Assembly: GCF_964213995.1 (NCBI RefSeq)
Contig: NC_135801.1
Location: 86,676,001-86,740,000, forward strand
From: Mustelus asterias
Taxonomy: Eukaryota
DNA length: 64,000 nucleotides
Reading direction: 5' to 3'
Shown: positions 26,549 through 37,818 of the stretch, piece after piece
Layout of the letters: each line of letters starts with the position of its first letter
Position numbering within the stretch: position 1 is the first letter of the stretch
Notes under the pieces: model-generated
What the model saw: only the letters and a program-made list of their open reading frames with translations
Databases searched by the model: none
Told to the model about the DNA's origin: nothing
Translations under genes and position numbers: made by a program

Positions 26549-27723
26549 TAGGAGCGACCGGCAAGTTCGAGGCGAGGTCACTAAAATAAAAGCAAGGATC
26601 CCAATACCGACACCCTGGAGAATACCACTACAAACCTTCCCCCAGCCCAAAAAACATCCATTGACCATTACAAATCTGCACAATTTAATTTCAGTGACAA
26701 AATAGGTGCTTTGGCTGTTCATTTATAGGATTTTTAAAATCGGCAGTCATGCCCATTGGCAATGGAAGAAAGGGGACTATCCCAGCTGCCTGTTGACAGA
26801 ACTAGATATCACACAGCAACATGCCACACTACAGTCATACATTTTGTATTGGTGTCAGCAGGCAATGAGAAGTGATAATCTGTCCAATTAGTCCTGTGAA
26901 CCATTTTAGCTTGTCTCTTCTCATTTGCGTCTTCTGCCACCCATTGGCCATGTGTCATTCAGGAGTTTGTGTGGATGTGGAATGAAAACTCCTCAGAAGA
27001 GGTCAAGCATTCTACGCAAGTACCATCAAACATCTGATACACACACCTTGGGGGTACTGTGTTAAGGACAGCTGGGTTGTCACATGGTGAGTCACATATC
27101 ACAAGTAAGCAGGAACAGGTAAAGATACAGTAGCAGAGAGAACCCTTTCAAGGTATAGCAAACTCCAAGCTCTGCGCAGCTGGATGTAGATGCTGAGCCT
27201 CAGGAATCATTAACAAAGACTAAACAGTTCCAGTAGTAGAAAATATCTGTGCTTCTGTTCCAGAGGCATTACAAACAATTGCAAAGAGATTAGAAGAGTG
27301 TGGGCAGGATTTTCCAGCCTTACTCGCCCCAAGACCGGAACATCCTGCCCGAGGTCAATGGACATTTACATGGTCCTGTCACACCCGTTACAATTCCCAT
27401 AGACTAACTGTCTCTCTTGCTAAATTGCAATCAAAGTGACCCCTGGGCCTGGATGGAAAAACTGCTCTTCAGATACACTCCTCCTTCCTTGTTCCAGGGT
27501 AGTAAACAGGATGGAAAATGTTTTCTATATACTCAAATAAATACATATTCCATGGACATGGTTTTTCCTCTTTTGCAGATAAGGGTATCAACTACAGATG
27601 GCAGCCAATCATATTTGAGTAATAAAGTAAAGGGATTCCATTTCTATTGATCCGTTCAATGCCTCCAGGCATGCCTGAACATCTGAAATAACAGCCTAGA
27701 TAGTGTGTGTGTACGGACCCTTC

Positions 27724-28647
27724 GGACCCTATTTTACCATTTTGATTCTAAGTGCTGAGCGGACATGAATCTGGGAGTGATTCAGATCCAACTTTTAGAC
27801 CCATTCTCAGGTGCCCCCGTACGCACTCTGCCTGCAAAAATATCTGCAATTCCAAATCAAGCTGCAGAAGCCTGTGGGTGGGGCTTAACGCGCCCAAAAC
27901 TCTGCAGCTCCGATCGGCGCCTCCAACTGCACATGCGCAGAAAAAATAGATAGAATGCTATCCCTTGTCACATCGCTCCTGGGCCGGGTAATGCCTCCCC
28001 CTGTCCCCCACAGACATTGCCCCACACATTACTGACCCCCTTATCCCCCCACCCCCTCCGCCACCCAGACCGATCGTGGGCCCCTCCGCTCCTTCCCTCC
28101 TTCCCCCTCACTGACTCAGGCAGGGTGGCAGCGGATCTCTATTCCCTCTCATTGATCTCAGGCAGAGTGGCAGCGGACCTCCCCCCCCCCCCCCCCCCGC
28201 CTCCCGCCCCCCCCTCCCCCCTCCCCACCAATCTCAAGCAGAGAGCCGTCAGACCAACCTTCCCCCCACCACCCCCCCTCTACCGATCTCAAGCAGAGAC
28301 CCGTTGGACATTCAGCACTTACCTCCTCACTAACTGGAGCGCCCGAATCGGACTTTTGTGGAGCATGTCTGTTTCGCACCGATTCTAGACGGGCGAACGC
28401 AGTGTAAAGGGAGAAGTGTCGGTAAGATTGGGTGTGCAGCCCATTAAGTCAATTTAAATGCATGCAAATGCATCTAAATGGCCGTCATGCCCATTTCAGG
28501 CATGGTCCAGATTGAGACCATTTTCAAGCCTTGGTAAATGGGGAACTGGCATGGAGGTGGTCGCAGATCGTGCTACTCGCCTTACACCTGACTTTATCAA
28601 TTTTTCGCGCCCGAAAACGGGCACAACTTGATGGTAAAATCAGGCTC
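27724..28647. mobile_element. About 0.9-kb GC-rich non-autonomous DNA transposon, copy 2
   Basis: Colinear with 12030-12928; TIRs ggaccctattttaccat / atggtaaaatcaggctc. Confidence 0.88.
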
Positions 28648-29343
28648 TTGGGGTGGGACTTGAACTGTACAATGCAGAGATAAGAGTGCTATCTCTTAGC
28701 CAAAGCTGAGATCAGAAGTAGGGTGGAAATCACTATTGGCTTGTTATTATCCAAAGACTGATGCAATATCACTTATTATGTTATTTATTCAAATACATGG
28801 TTGAAAGCTTCAAGTTTCTAGGTGTCCAGATCACTAACAACCTGTCCTGGTCCCTCTATGATGATGCTATAGCTAAGAAAGCCCCCAAATGCCTTGACTT
28901 TCTCAGGAGCCTAGGAAATTCAGCGTGTCCACTATGACTCTCACCAACTTTTACAGATGCACCAAAGAAAACATTCTTTCCGGATGTATCACAGCTTGGT
29001 ATGGCTCCTGCTCTGACTAAGGCCGCAAGAAACTACAAAGGGTTGTGAATGTAGCCCAGGCCACAAAGCAAACCAACCTCCCATCCATTGACTCCGTCTA
29101 CACTTCCAGCTGCCTTAGAAAAGTAGCCAGCATAATCAAGGATCCCACGCACCCTGGATATATTCTTTTCAACCTTCTTCCATCAGGAAAAAGATACAAA
29201 TGTCTGAGGTCACGTATCAACCTACTCAAGAATAACTTTTTCCCTGCTTCCTCCCTGCTGGACTGACCTTATATTAGGTTGATCTTTCACTACACCCCAG
29301 CTGTGACTGTAGCATTATATTCTGCACTCTCTCCTTTCCTTCT

Positions 29344-31058
29344 TGTGGTGAACCATTGTTGGTTCCCACCAGGTAGTGCTGAGCCATGGTCTGGCCAGTA
29401 CTATGAGTCTGTAGATATGTTACTGTTGGGGTTAGGGTTGGGCTGTTCTACCTGTTAATATAGTCCTATGGTACACCCCAGTTGGCTCCGCCTCCTGGGA
29501 GAGGTATAAAGGTCACTGCTCTGCCTGGTGACCCTTTAGTCTGGGATTGTATATTGTATATAGTAGCTCTGTTATTGTTGGCAATAAAAGCCTTTATTTC
29601 CCGAGTACATCCTGCCTCCCGTGTGATTTATCGCGCATCAATTTTATTGCCAACAAGTAAATTCTTTTTTTCAAAAAAAAAACAAAAGAAAACATGGAGC
29701 AAATGCTTAAACCCGAACGGCTTACGTTGGGCCCACGTGCGGCGGGAGCATCGAACACTTTCGACCACTGGTTGAAGTGTTTCCAAGATTACCTCGACGC
29801 CTCCACAGCGGCCACCGACGACGCCGACAGACTCCGGGTCCTCCACGCGAGGATAAGCGACGCTGTATACTTAGCGATCCGTGGGGCCACCGACTACAAA
29901 GGGGCCCTCGAGCTTCTCAAGAAGCGATACAACAAACTGCCGAATGAGATCCATGCTCGACACCTTCTAGCCACTCGACGGCGTCAGCCCGGCGAAACGA
30001 CGGAACAGTCTGGAAGGCTGTCTTACTGGCGTTGAGGTCTAAAGGTCTTCCAGTCTCCCGTTGGCAAGAGGTACTCCCTGATGCGCTCCACTCCATATGC
30101 TCACTCCTGTGTACGGCAACCAACGCTACTCCTCATGAGAGAATGTTTTCATTCCCTAGGAAGTCTTCCTCTGGGACCTCATTACCGTCTTGGTTGACGT
30201 ACTCAGGACCTGTCCTCCTGCGGCAGCATGTTAGGACCCGCAAGTCCGACCCTTTGGTTGAACAGGTCCATCTCCTCCACGCCAACCCTCAGTATGCCTA
30301 CGTGGCATATCCTGACGGGCGAGAGGACACGGTCTCGATTCGAGATCTGGCGCCAGCAGGGGGCTTGGAAACCCTTGCTGCTCCCACACCCCCTGTTAGG
30401 GACCCCCCCAACCATTATTTCCCCTCCTGGCACGGTGCGGGCAGTATCGGGACCACCACTTAACCCTCTTACTCCCGTGTACAGCTTGCCTGAGTCCAGG
30501 AGATGGTCGCCACTTCAAGGCGTGCCCGAGTTCAGCGGATTGTCACCACCTCGTGGTCTACCGGCCCGTGAGGAACTGGAGGAGTCGCTGGACACCACCT
30601 TGGAGAGAACGTCACCGCGATTGCCTGAACCGGTGTCATCGCCGGTGTTGAGGAGGTCACAGCGACGGTGCGGTCCCCCAGACCGTTTGAACTTATAGAC
30701 AGATGAACTATTGTTCTGTGTTTTGTACCCCGCCGGCCTTTGTTTTCAAAGGAGGGGTGAATGTGGTGAACCATTGTTGGTTCCCACCAGGTAGTGCTGA
30801 GCCATGGTCTGGCCAGTACTATGAGTCTGTAGATATGTTACTGTTGGGGTTAGGGTTGGGCTGTTCGACCTGTTAATATAGTCCAATGGTACACCCCAGT
30901 TGGCTCCGCCTCCTGGGAGAGGTATAAAGGTCACTGCTCTGCCTGGTGACCCTTTAGTCTGGGATTGTATATTGTATATAGTAGCTCCGTTATTGTTGGC
31001 AATAAAAGCCTTTATTTCCCGAGTACATCCTGCCTCCCGTGTGATATATCGCGCATCA
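29344..31058 (+). mobile_element. Gypsy element A: 1.7-kb internally deleted LTR retrotransposon (gag N-terminus joined to integrase C-terminus)
   Basis: LTRs at 29344-29640 and 30762-31058 (297 bp, 4 differences by eye); TG...CA; TSD CTTCT; PPT aaaggaggggtgaa; gag MEQMLKPERLTL; IN WQEVLPDALHSI...TNATPHE. Confidence 0.97.
29505..29541 (+). promoter_or_regulatory. LTR promoter: TATA box and putative initiator
   Basis: TATAAA at 29505-29510 and TTAGTC at 29536-29541; same spacing in element B (37638/37669) and similar in the solo LTR (11761/11790). Confidence 0.6.
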
Positions 31059-32028
31059 CTTCTTCCCTATATACTCTATGAATGGTATGCTTTGTCTGTA
31101 TAGTGTGCAAGAAACAATACGTTTCACTATATCCCAATACATGTGACAATAATAAATCAAATCAAATCAAAATAGTTTAGAAAGGAAACTGGCACAAGGA
31201 AGGAGTTACTTGAATTAGTTCTGTCCACATAGTGAACCCAAATGGAGGTCCAAAGACCACCCACTGGTTTAGAAGCACTGGAATGACAGTCAGTTGCAAT
31301 TCTGAGGGCAGGAGGAAGGAACCCTCCCGGAGTGCATAGGTAAGACGTTGGGGAGAGGGACATGGCCAAGTAGTGCCCTGGCCTCAATGCCCATCTCACA
31401 CATTTACAGTGCCCAGGGGGAAATGTCGGCAATGATTATGTGTGTGGGGGGGTGGGTGGGGTGTGGTTAGGGAAAATGCTGGGGATGATTATGGGGATGG
31501 GATGGGAGGGCTTGTGTCCTGATACCTCTGTGGTGGAGTGGGGGAGTTTAATTTTATTTCTGATTGAGGCACCTTTAAAGTTGGCGCCCCGATGCTTGTG
31601 GAGCCTGTTGTCAGTTCTAAGAGTCCCCGGCAGAGTGATGGCGTAAACCATGCCCACTCACTTCTTTTCTTTAAAGAGGTTCAAAATCTGGAGAGAAAAC
31701 TGGTCTGTTCGATTGAAGAGTTACAGGTCAGGTCTTCGACTGAGCTTGACACTTTGTCCAATTCTGGTAAAATCTTCCCCTATTAAAATCACCTCTTACT
31801 CTTCTAAACTCTAATGAGTATAGGCGCAACCTGATCAATCTTTCATCATCAGGCAACTGCTTCATCTCCGGAATCAGCCAAGTGAACCCTCTCTGAACAG
31901 TTTCCAATGCAATTATATCCCTTCTGAAGTAAGGAGACAATAATCTAGTTGTCTCACCCAGATCCTGTACAAGACTTCCCTACTTTTATACTCTATCTCC
32001 CTTGCAATAGAGGCCAACATTCTATTTG

Positions 32029-34243
32029 AATCATAGAGAATCATAGAATCCCTACAGTGCAGAAGGAGGCCATTCATCCCTTTGAGTCTGCACTGACAAT
32101 AATCCCACCCAGGCCATATCCCCATAACCCCACATATTTACCCCACTCATCCCCCTAACACTAAGGGGCAATTTAGCATAGCCAATCTACCTAACCGAGC
32201 TCAGAATATAAAAACAGATAGCAAAAGTTTCTGCAAATATATAAAACGAAAGAGAATGGCGAAAGTAAACATTGGTCCTTTAGAGGACGAGAAGGAGGAT
32301 GTAATAACTGGAAATGAGAAAATGGCTGAGGCATTGAACAGGTATTTTGTGTCTGTCTTCACAGTGGAAGACACAAATAACATGCCAAAAATTAATGACA
32401 GGAAGGCTATGACAAGTGAGAACCTAGAAACTATCATTATTACAAAAGAGGTAGTGTTGGGCAAGTTAATGGGGCTAAAGGTAGACAAGTCTCCAGGTCC
32501 TGATGGAATGCATCCCAGGGTACTATAAGAGATGGCGGGGGAAATAGCAAATGCACTAGTGGTAATTTACCAAAATTCGCTGGACTCTGGGGTGGTTCCC
32601 GCAGATTGGAAAACAGCAAATGTGACGCCACTGTTTAAAAAAGGAGGTAGACAAAAGGCAGGTAACTATAGGCCGGTTAGCTTAACTTCTGTAGTAGGGA
32701 AAATGCTTAAATTTATCATCAAGGAAGAAATAGCGAGACATCTGGATGTAAATTGTCCCATTGATAAGACGCAGCATGGATTCATGAAGGGCAGGTCATG
32801 TTTGACTAATTTGGTGGAATTCTTTGAGAAGATTACATGTGTAGTGGACAATGGGGAATCTGTGAATATGGTGTATCTGGATTTCCAGAAGGCATTTGAT
32901 AAGGTGTCCCACTAAAGACTGTTACATAAGATAAAGCTGCACAGTGTTACGGGTAATGTATTAGCATGGATAGAGGATTGGTTAACTAGCAGAAAGCAAA
33001 GAATGGGGGTAAATGGGTATTTTTCTGATTGGCGATCAGGACTAATGGTGTGCCTCAGGGATCAGTGTTGGGACCGCAATTGTTTACGATTTACATGGAT
33101 GATTTGGAGTTGGGACTAAGTGTAGTGTGTCAAAATTCACAGATGGCACTAAGATGGGTGAAAGAGCAAAGTGTGCAGAGGACGCTGAAAGTCTGCAAAG
33201 GGATATAGATAGTCTAAGTGAGTGGGCGAGGGGCTGGCAGATGGAGTACAATGTTGGTAAATGTGAGGTAATCCATTTTGGTAGGAATAACAGCAAAATG
33301 GACTATTATTTAATGGTAAAAAATTGCAGCATGCTGCTGTGCAGAGAGACCTGGGTGTCCTTGTGCAGGAATCTCAAGGAGTTGGTTTGCAGGTGCAACA
33401 GGTAATTAAGAAGACAAATGGAATTTTGTCCTTCATTGCTTGAGGGATGGAGTTTAAAAACAGCGAGGTTATGTTGCAGCTGTATAAGGTGCTGGTGAGG
33501 CCACAATTGCAGTACTGTGTACAGTTTTGGTCTCCTAACTTGAGAAAGGATATACTGGCACTGGCAGGGGTGCAGAGGAGATTCACTAGGTTGATTCCGG
33601 AGTTGAAAGGGTTGGCTTTTGAGGAGAGACTGTGTAGACTGGGGCTGTACTCATTGCAATTCAGGAGAATGAGGGGAGATTTTATAGAAACGTATAAGAT
33701 TATGAAGGGAATAGATAAGATCGAAGCAGGGAAGTTGTTTCCACTGGTGGGTGAAACTAGAACTCGGGGGCATAGCCTCAAAATAAGGGGAAGCAGATTT
33801 AGGACTGAGTTGAGGATTAACTTCTTCACACAAAGGATTGTGAATCTGTGGAATTCTCTGCCCAGTGAAGCAGTTGAGGCTACCTCACTGAATGTTTTTA
33901 AGGCAAGGATAGATACATTTTTGAACAGTAAAGGAATTAAGGGTTATGGTGCGAGGGCGGGTAAGTGGAGCTGAGTCCACAAAAAAATCAGCCATGATCT
34001 TATTGAATGGTGGAGCAGGCTCAAGGGGCCAGATGGCCTACTCCTGCTCCTAGTTCTTATGTTCTTATGTTCTTAACCTGCAATCTTTGGATTGAGGGAG
34101 GAAACCGGAGCACCCGGGGGAAACGCATGCAGACATGGGGAGAATGTGCAATCTCCATATAGACGGTCACCCAAGGCTGGAATTGAACACGAGTCTCTGG
34201 CACTGTGAGGCAGCAATGCTAACCACTGTGCCACCATGCTGCC
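32029..34243 (-). mobile_element. HE1-like V-SINE (32029-32196 plus 34074-34243) split by a CR1
   Basis: Tail at 32029-32060, head with A/B boxes at 34170-34243; taacc duplicated at 32192-32196 and 34074-34078. Confidence 0.9.
32197..34073 (+). mobile_element. 5'-truncated CR1 LINE (different subfamily), degenerate RT
   Basis: [54 protein letters not shown]; (TTCTTATG)n tail. Confidence 0.96.
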
Positions 34244-34966
34244 CTTTGCCTTCCTAATTACTTGCTGTACCTCCATGCTAACATTTTGTGATTCATGTAC
34301 AAGGACAGCCAGATGCTTCTGAACCAGAGCATTTCTCCATTTGGTGTCCGAGAGAGGTTCGATTGTAGATGGTCTTTGTACCATATGGTCTGATTGATTA
34401 GTACCACAGCCTTATGATTAATTACTGGTTTAAACAGGAACATATTTGCTTGATATAATTACAAAATTTGACTCAACTATAAGTTAAAACACCTTCTAAT
34501 AACCAAAGGATTTACCTGCTAATCTTAGCTTGTTTGTTGAATTTGAGTCTATCGTTCCAAGGTCATGTAATTAAAGTCGACTTTTTACCAAATAATCCAT
34601 TCCTTACTAAGGTATACTTGTTTTGACTTGGAATCAATATTTTTCACATCATCTATGTTCAGCCCTGGTGAAGTCAGTCACATTACTGATGTCAATTTTT
34701 TTTTAATCAGTCATAAAGCCAAGGCCTAGCATGGCAAGATTAATGTTCCTGTGATTTGTAGTGAGTGGGGATATGTGAGCAGCATCAGAGAGTAAAGTCA
34801 AAGCACCTTTAAATGCAAAATGTGTGGCAAATGGAATTTTGCCAAATAACGTATTTTAATAATAAACCGTCAAATGGAACATTCATGCTCCTGGTAAACA
34901 GGAGTTTTGAAACAATAAATAAATATATGTTATAAAATTATAAATGGAAAGTTTTGGAAAACATAC

Positions 34967-35120
34967 AGTCCCGGTTGTCCTTGGCCCACTGCCCTGTATA
35001 CACCCGTTTCCTGGCTTTTGGGATAAAAGGAAGGCAAGCCAGTCGCAGCCCTTTCTGCCCTTGTCAGACATTTCCATTCAGGGTCAGACAGGATCAGAGA
35101 CATTTCAGTGGAAACAAGTA
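34967..35120 (-). CDS. Candidate coding exon of an unidentified host gene
   Basis: Acceptor ttggatttcag/ and donor /GTATGT; one open frame LVSTEMSLILSDPEWKCLTRAERAATGLPSFYPKSQETGVYRAVGQGQPGL; non-repeat sequence; protein not recognised. Confidence 0.35.
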
Positions 35121-37818
35121 CTGAAATCCAAATTGGATATAAAACAAGTGGAAATAGTGTCAAGGTGGCATCTGTTTCAATTTTGTCCCCCGAACACTGG
35201 TTACAAATTCTGGCACACCAGCAGCGCACATCAAAAACCTCCTCCAGATCCACTATTGAACACATGACCAAAATGCCGAAGCAATGCTTAAATTGTCCTT
35301 ACGTGTCTGGTGTTGAATTTCCGCATAACCCAGACAAATAGCGTGATTCTCTGACCATGTGCGCTCATGCACAAATTGTGCTGAGGCCAGAGAATCGCAG
35401 GGGAGGGCCATAGTGCGTTCAATGCCAGTGAGAACCCCTTTTGGGATTTTCCCAGTCCCTGCACCCTGACATAAATACCCAATAAGAGCTATCTTGGCAC
35501 TGCCAGGTTGTCAGGTTAGCAGTACTGAATGGAGGGCCTGGGTGAACATGGGGGAGGTGCTTCTGAAGAGTGGTATGAGAGCCCTCCTAAAGTGGGGTAA
35601 AGCATGGGTGAGCTGCTTAAGGGGGCAGCAGGGGTGTGCTTATGAAGGGGGAACCCAGCAGGCTCCTGAAAGTGGGGGAGCACTTGGCGACCTCATATCA
35701 GGTTTGCTCACTTGGGGAGGGGTTGTTGTTACCAGCGAGTGGGTGGGATTGTCTTAGCTGATGAGTAGGAGGGGAGTGCGTTGTGTTGTCTGGAGACCAG
35801 GGTGCCCTTTAAAAAGGATGCCCTCATCTCCAAGGAGCCGGCCTTGCCGGTGTCATTGTGTCCCCACTCCAAGGAGAGAGTGTGAGTAACGTGACAGATG
35901 GGATGGTGTTGTGAAAGGGTCCATGAGAGAATGAGTGTCGATATGTGTCCCCACTAATGGATGTGTGAAATCTGTGAAGAGAATCAACATTTGAGTATAT
36001 GATGCCATGCTGAGAGTTTGAGTAAGTATATATATTTTTCATTGTTCCTGTTGGTTGCTATGGAACCAGGAATAGCAAGAACTCACCCCAATTACCCCCA
36101 CATTCCGTACCGTCTCCTTCTTTGCACCCCAGTACTCCAAATGACCCCTTCATGGGCTTACATTTAGACCTGGAGATCAAGATCTTCTTGTAGATTAGCA
36201 GGAAACCAGCTATATACACACAAAAGGTCTTTTCTGAATGTCTTTCCTGGAACTGCATGTGAGGAGACTACAGCAGAGCACAGAAACTCTGGGAGAGCTT
36301 CTTTCCATTCTTCAGGCAGATCGGCGAGCTATCTTAAGAACCAGAACAGCGTTTACTGAAGCTCAGAAATCCATGGCAGCTCTTAACTCTGGGGCACCGG
36401 ATTATTCTAAGGAACAACAGCCAGCTTCTATCAGTTAGTGAGTTGGATGTCTACTTTTTACAAAGGGAGGCAATGGATGCTCTATTTGCCAGGGCAAACC
36501 AGGTGATTAGATTTGATGCAATATCAAGGCAAATAAAGGAAAAGGCCAATCATTTTTATGGGTCTTTGGATTTCCATGAATGTTTCAAGCTGTAGATTAC
36601 ACTCTCGCAGCCATCTGTGTTCTGCCTCTCAGCCCACATCATTATGTTAAGTGGAAAAGGTTTCAACACTTAATGTCATGCAAAGATCTCTCATGAGTTT
36701 ATAGGCACATCCACAAGTTTCTGTGTAACAATATCCAGTTAAGCAGAAAGCTGATGATTTACTGAGATTCTTTCTTGATGAGATATATCCAATAGTACAG
36801 TGACTGCTACTCACAATGAATCAGACAAGGGATGGGCAATAAATGCTGGCCAGCCAGTGACGCCCATGTCCCATGGGTAAATTAAAGAAAAAGACAAACA
36901 CAGTAAAGAGGTTCACATTTGCACTTATGCACAAATTTGTACATTCTTTCCTTCATAGAATTTGTGCTTGTAGTGGGGCAAACGTTCCGGGGTATAGATG
37001 TTTCAGTAAGTGTAGGGAAGCTGGTAAAAGAGGTGGAAGAGTAGCATTGTTAATCAAGGATAGTTTCACGGCTGCGGAAAGGCACTTCGAGGGGGACCTG
37101 CACACTGAGGTAATATGGACTGAGGTTAGAAATAGGAAAGGAGCGGTCACGTTGTTAGGAGTTTACTATAGGCCCCCAAATAGTAATAGAGATGTGGAGG
37201 AAGAAATTGCTAAGCAGATTATGGATAGGTGTGGGGGTCACAGGGTAGTTGTCATGGGGGACTTTAACTTTTCAAATATTGATTGGAACCTTTGTAGGTC
37301 AAATAGTTCGGATGGGGCAGTTTTTGTGCAGTGTATGCAGGAGGGTTTCCTGACACAATGTGTGGATAGGCCGACAAGAGGTGAGGCCACATTGGATTTG
37401 GTACTGGGAAATGAACCGGGCCAAGTGTTAGATTTGGTTGTGGGAGAGCACTTTGGAGATAGTGACCACAATTTGGTGTCTTTTGTTATTGCAATGTGTG
37501 GTGAACCATAGCTGGTTACCACTATGTGTACTTGGACACATGTTACTCTTGTTACTGTTGGGGTTAGGGTTTGGGTGTTCCACCTGTTATTATTGTTTAT
37601 GTGGTACACTCCGTTCGGCTCCGCCTTCTTACAGGAGTATAAAGGTCACTGCTACTTCCTAGTAGCCCTTAGTCTGGGATAGTATTGTTAAGTAGTGTGC
37701 TCCAATCTTGTTGTGAATAAAAGCCTTTATTCCCAGGTACGTCTTAGCCTCCCGTGTGAATCAATCGCGCATCAATTTTATTCACAACAAAATACCGAAA
37801 ATTTTGTTCGAGGAAAAA

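Larger units (their letters stand above)
28795..31171 (+). mobile_element. Rex1/Babar LINE 3' fragment interrupted by Gypsy element A
   Basis: VESFKFLGVQITNNLSWS...NFYRCTKENILSGCITAWYG; tail catgtgacaataataaatcaaatcaaatcaaa at 31140-31171. Confidence 0.88.
31780..34350 (-). mobile_element. Old CR1 fragment (31780-32028 plus 34244-34350) split by a SINE/CR1 nest
   Basis: ORF 31728-31940 SPYFRRDIIALETVQRGFT; halves rejoin across tttg. Confidence 0.8.

Noticed and set aside
36238-36438. Helical-looking 66-aa ORF
   Set aside because: No convincing splice context or recognisable motif; could be a decayed transposon protein
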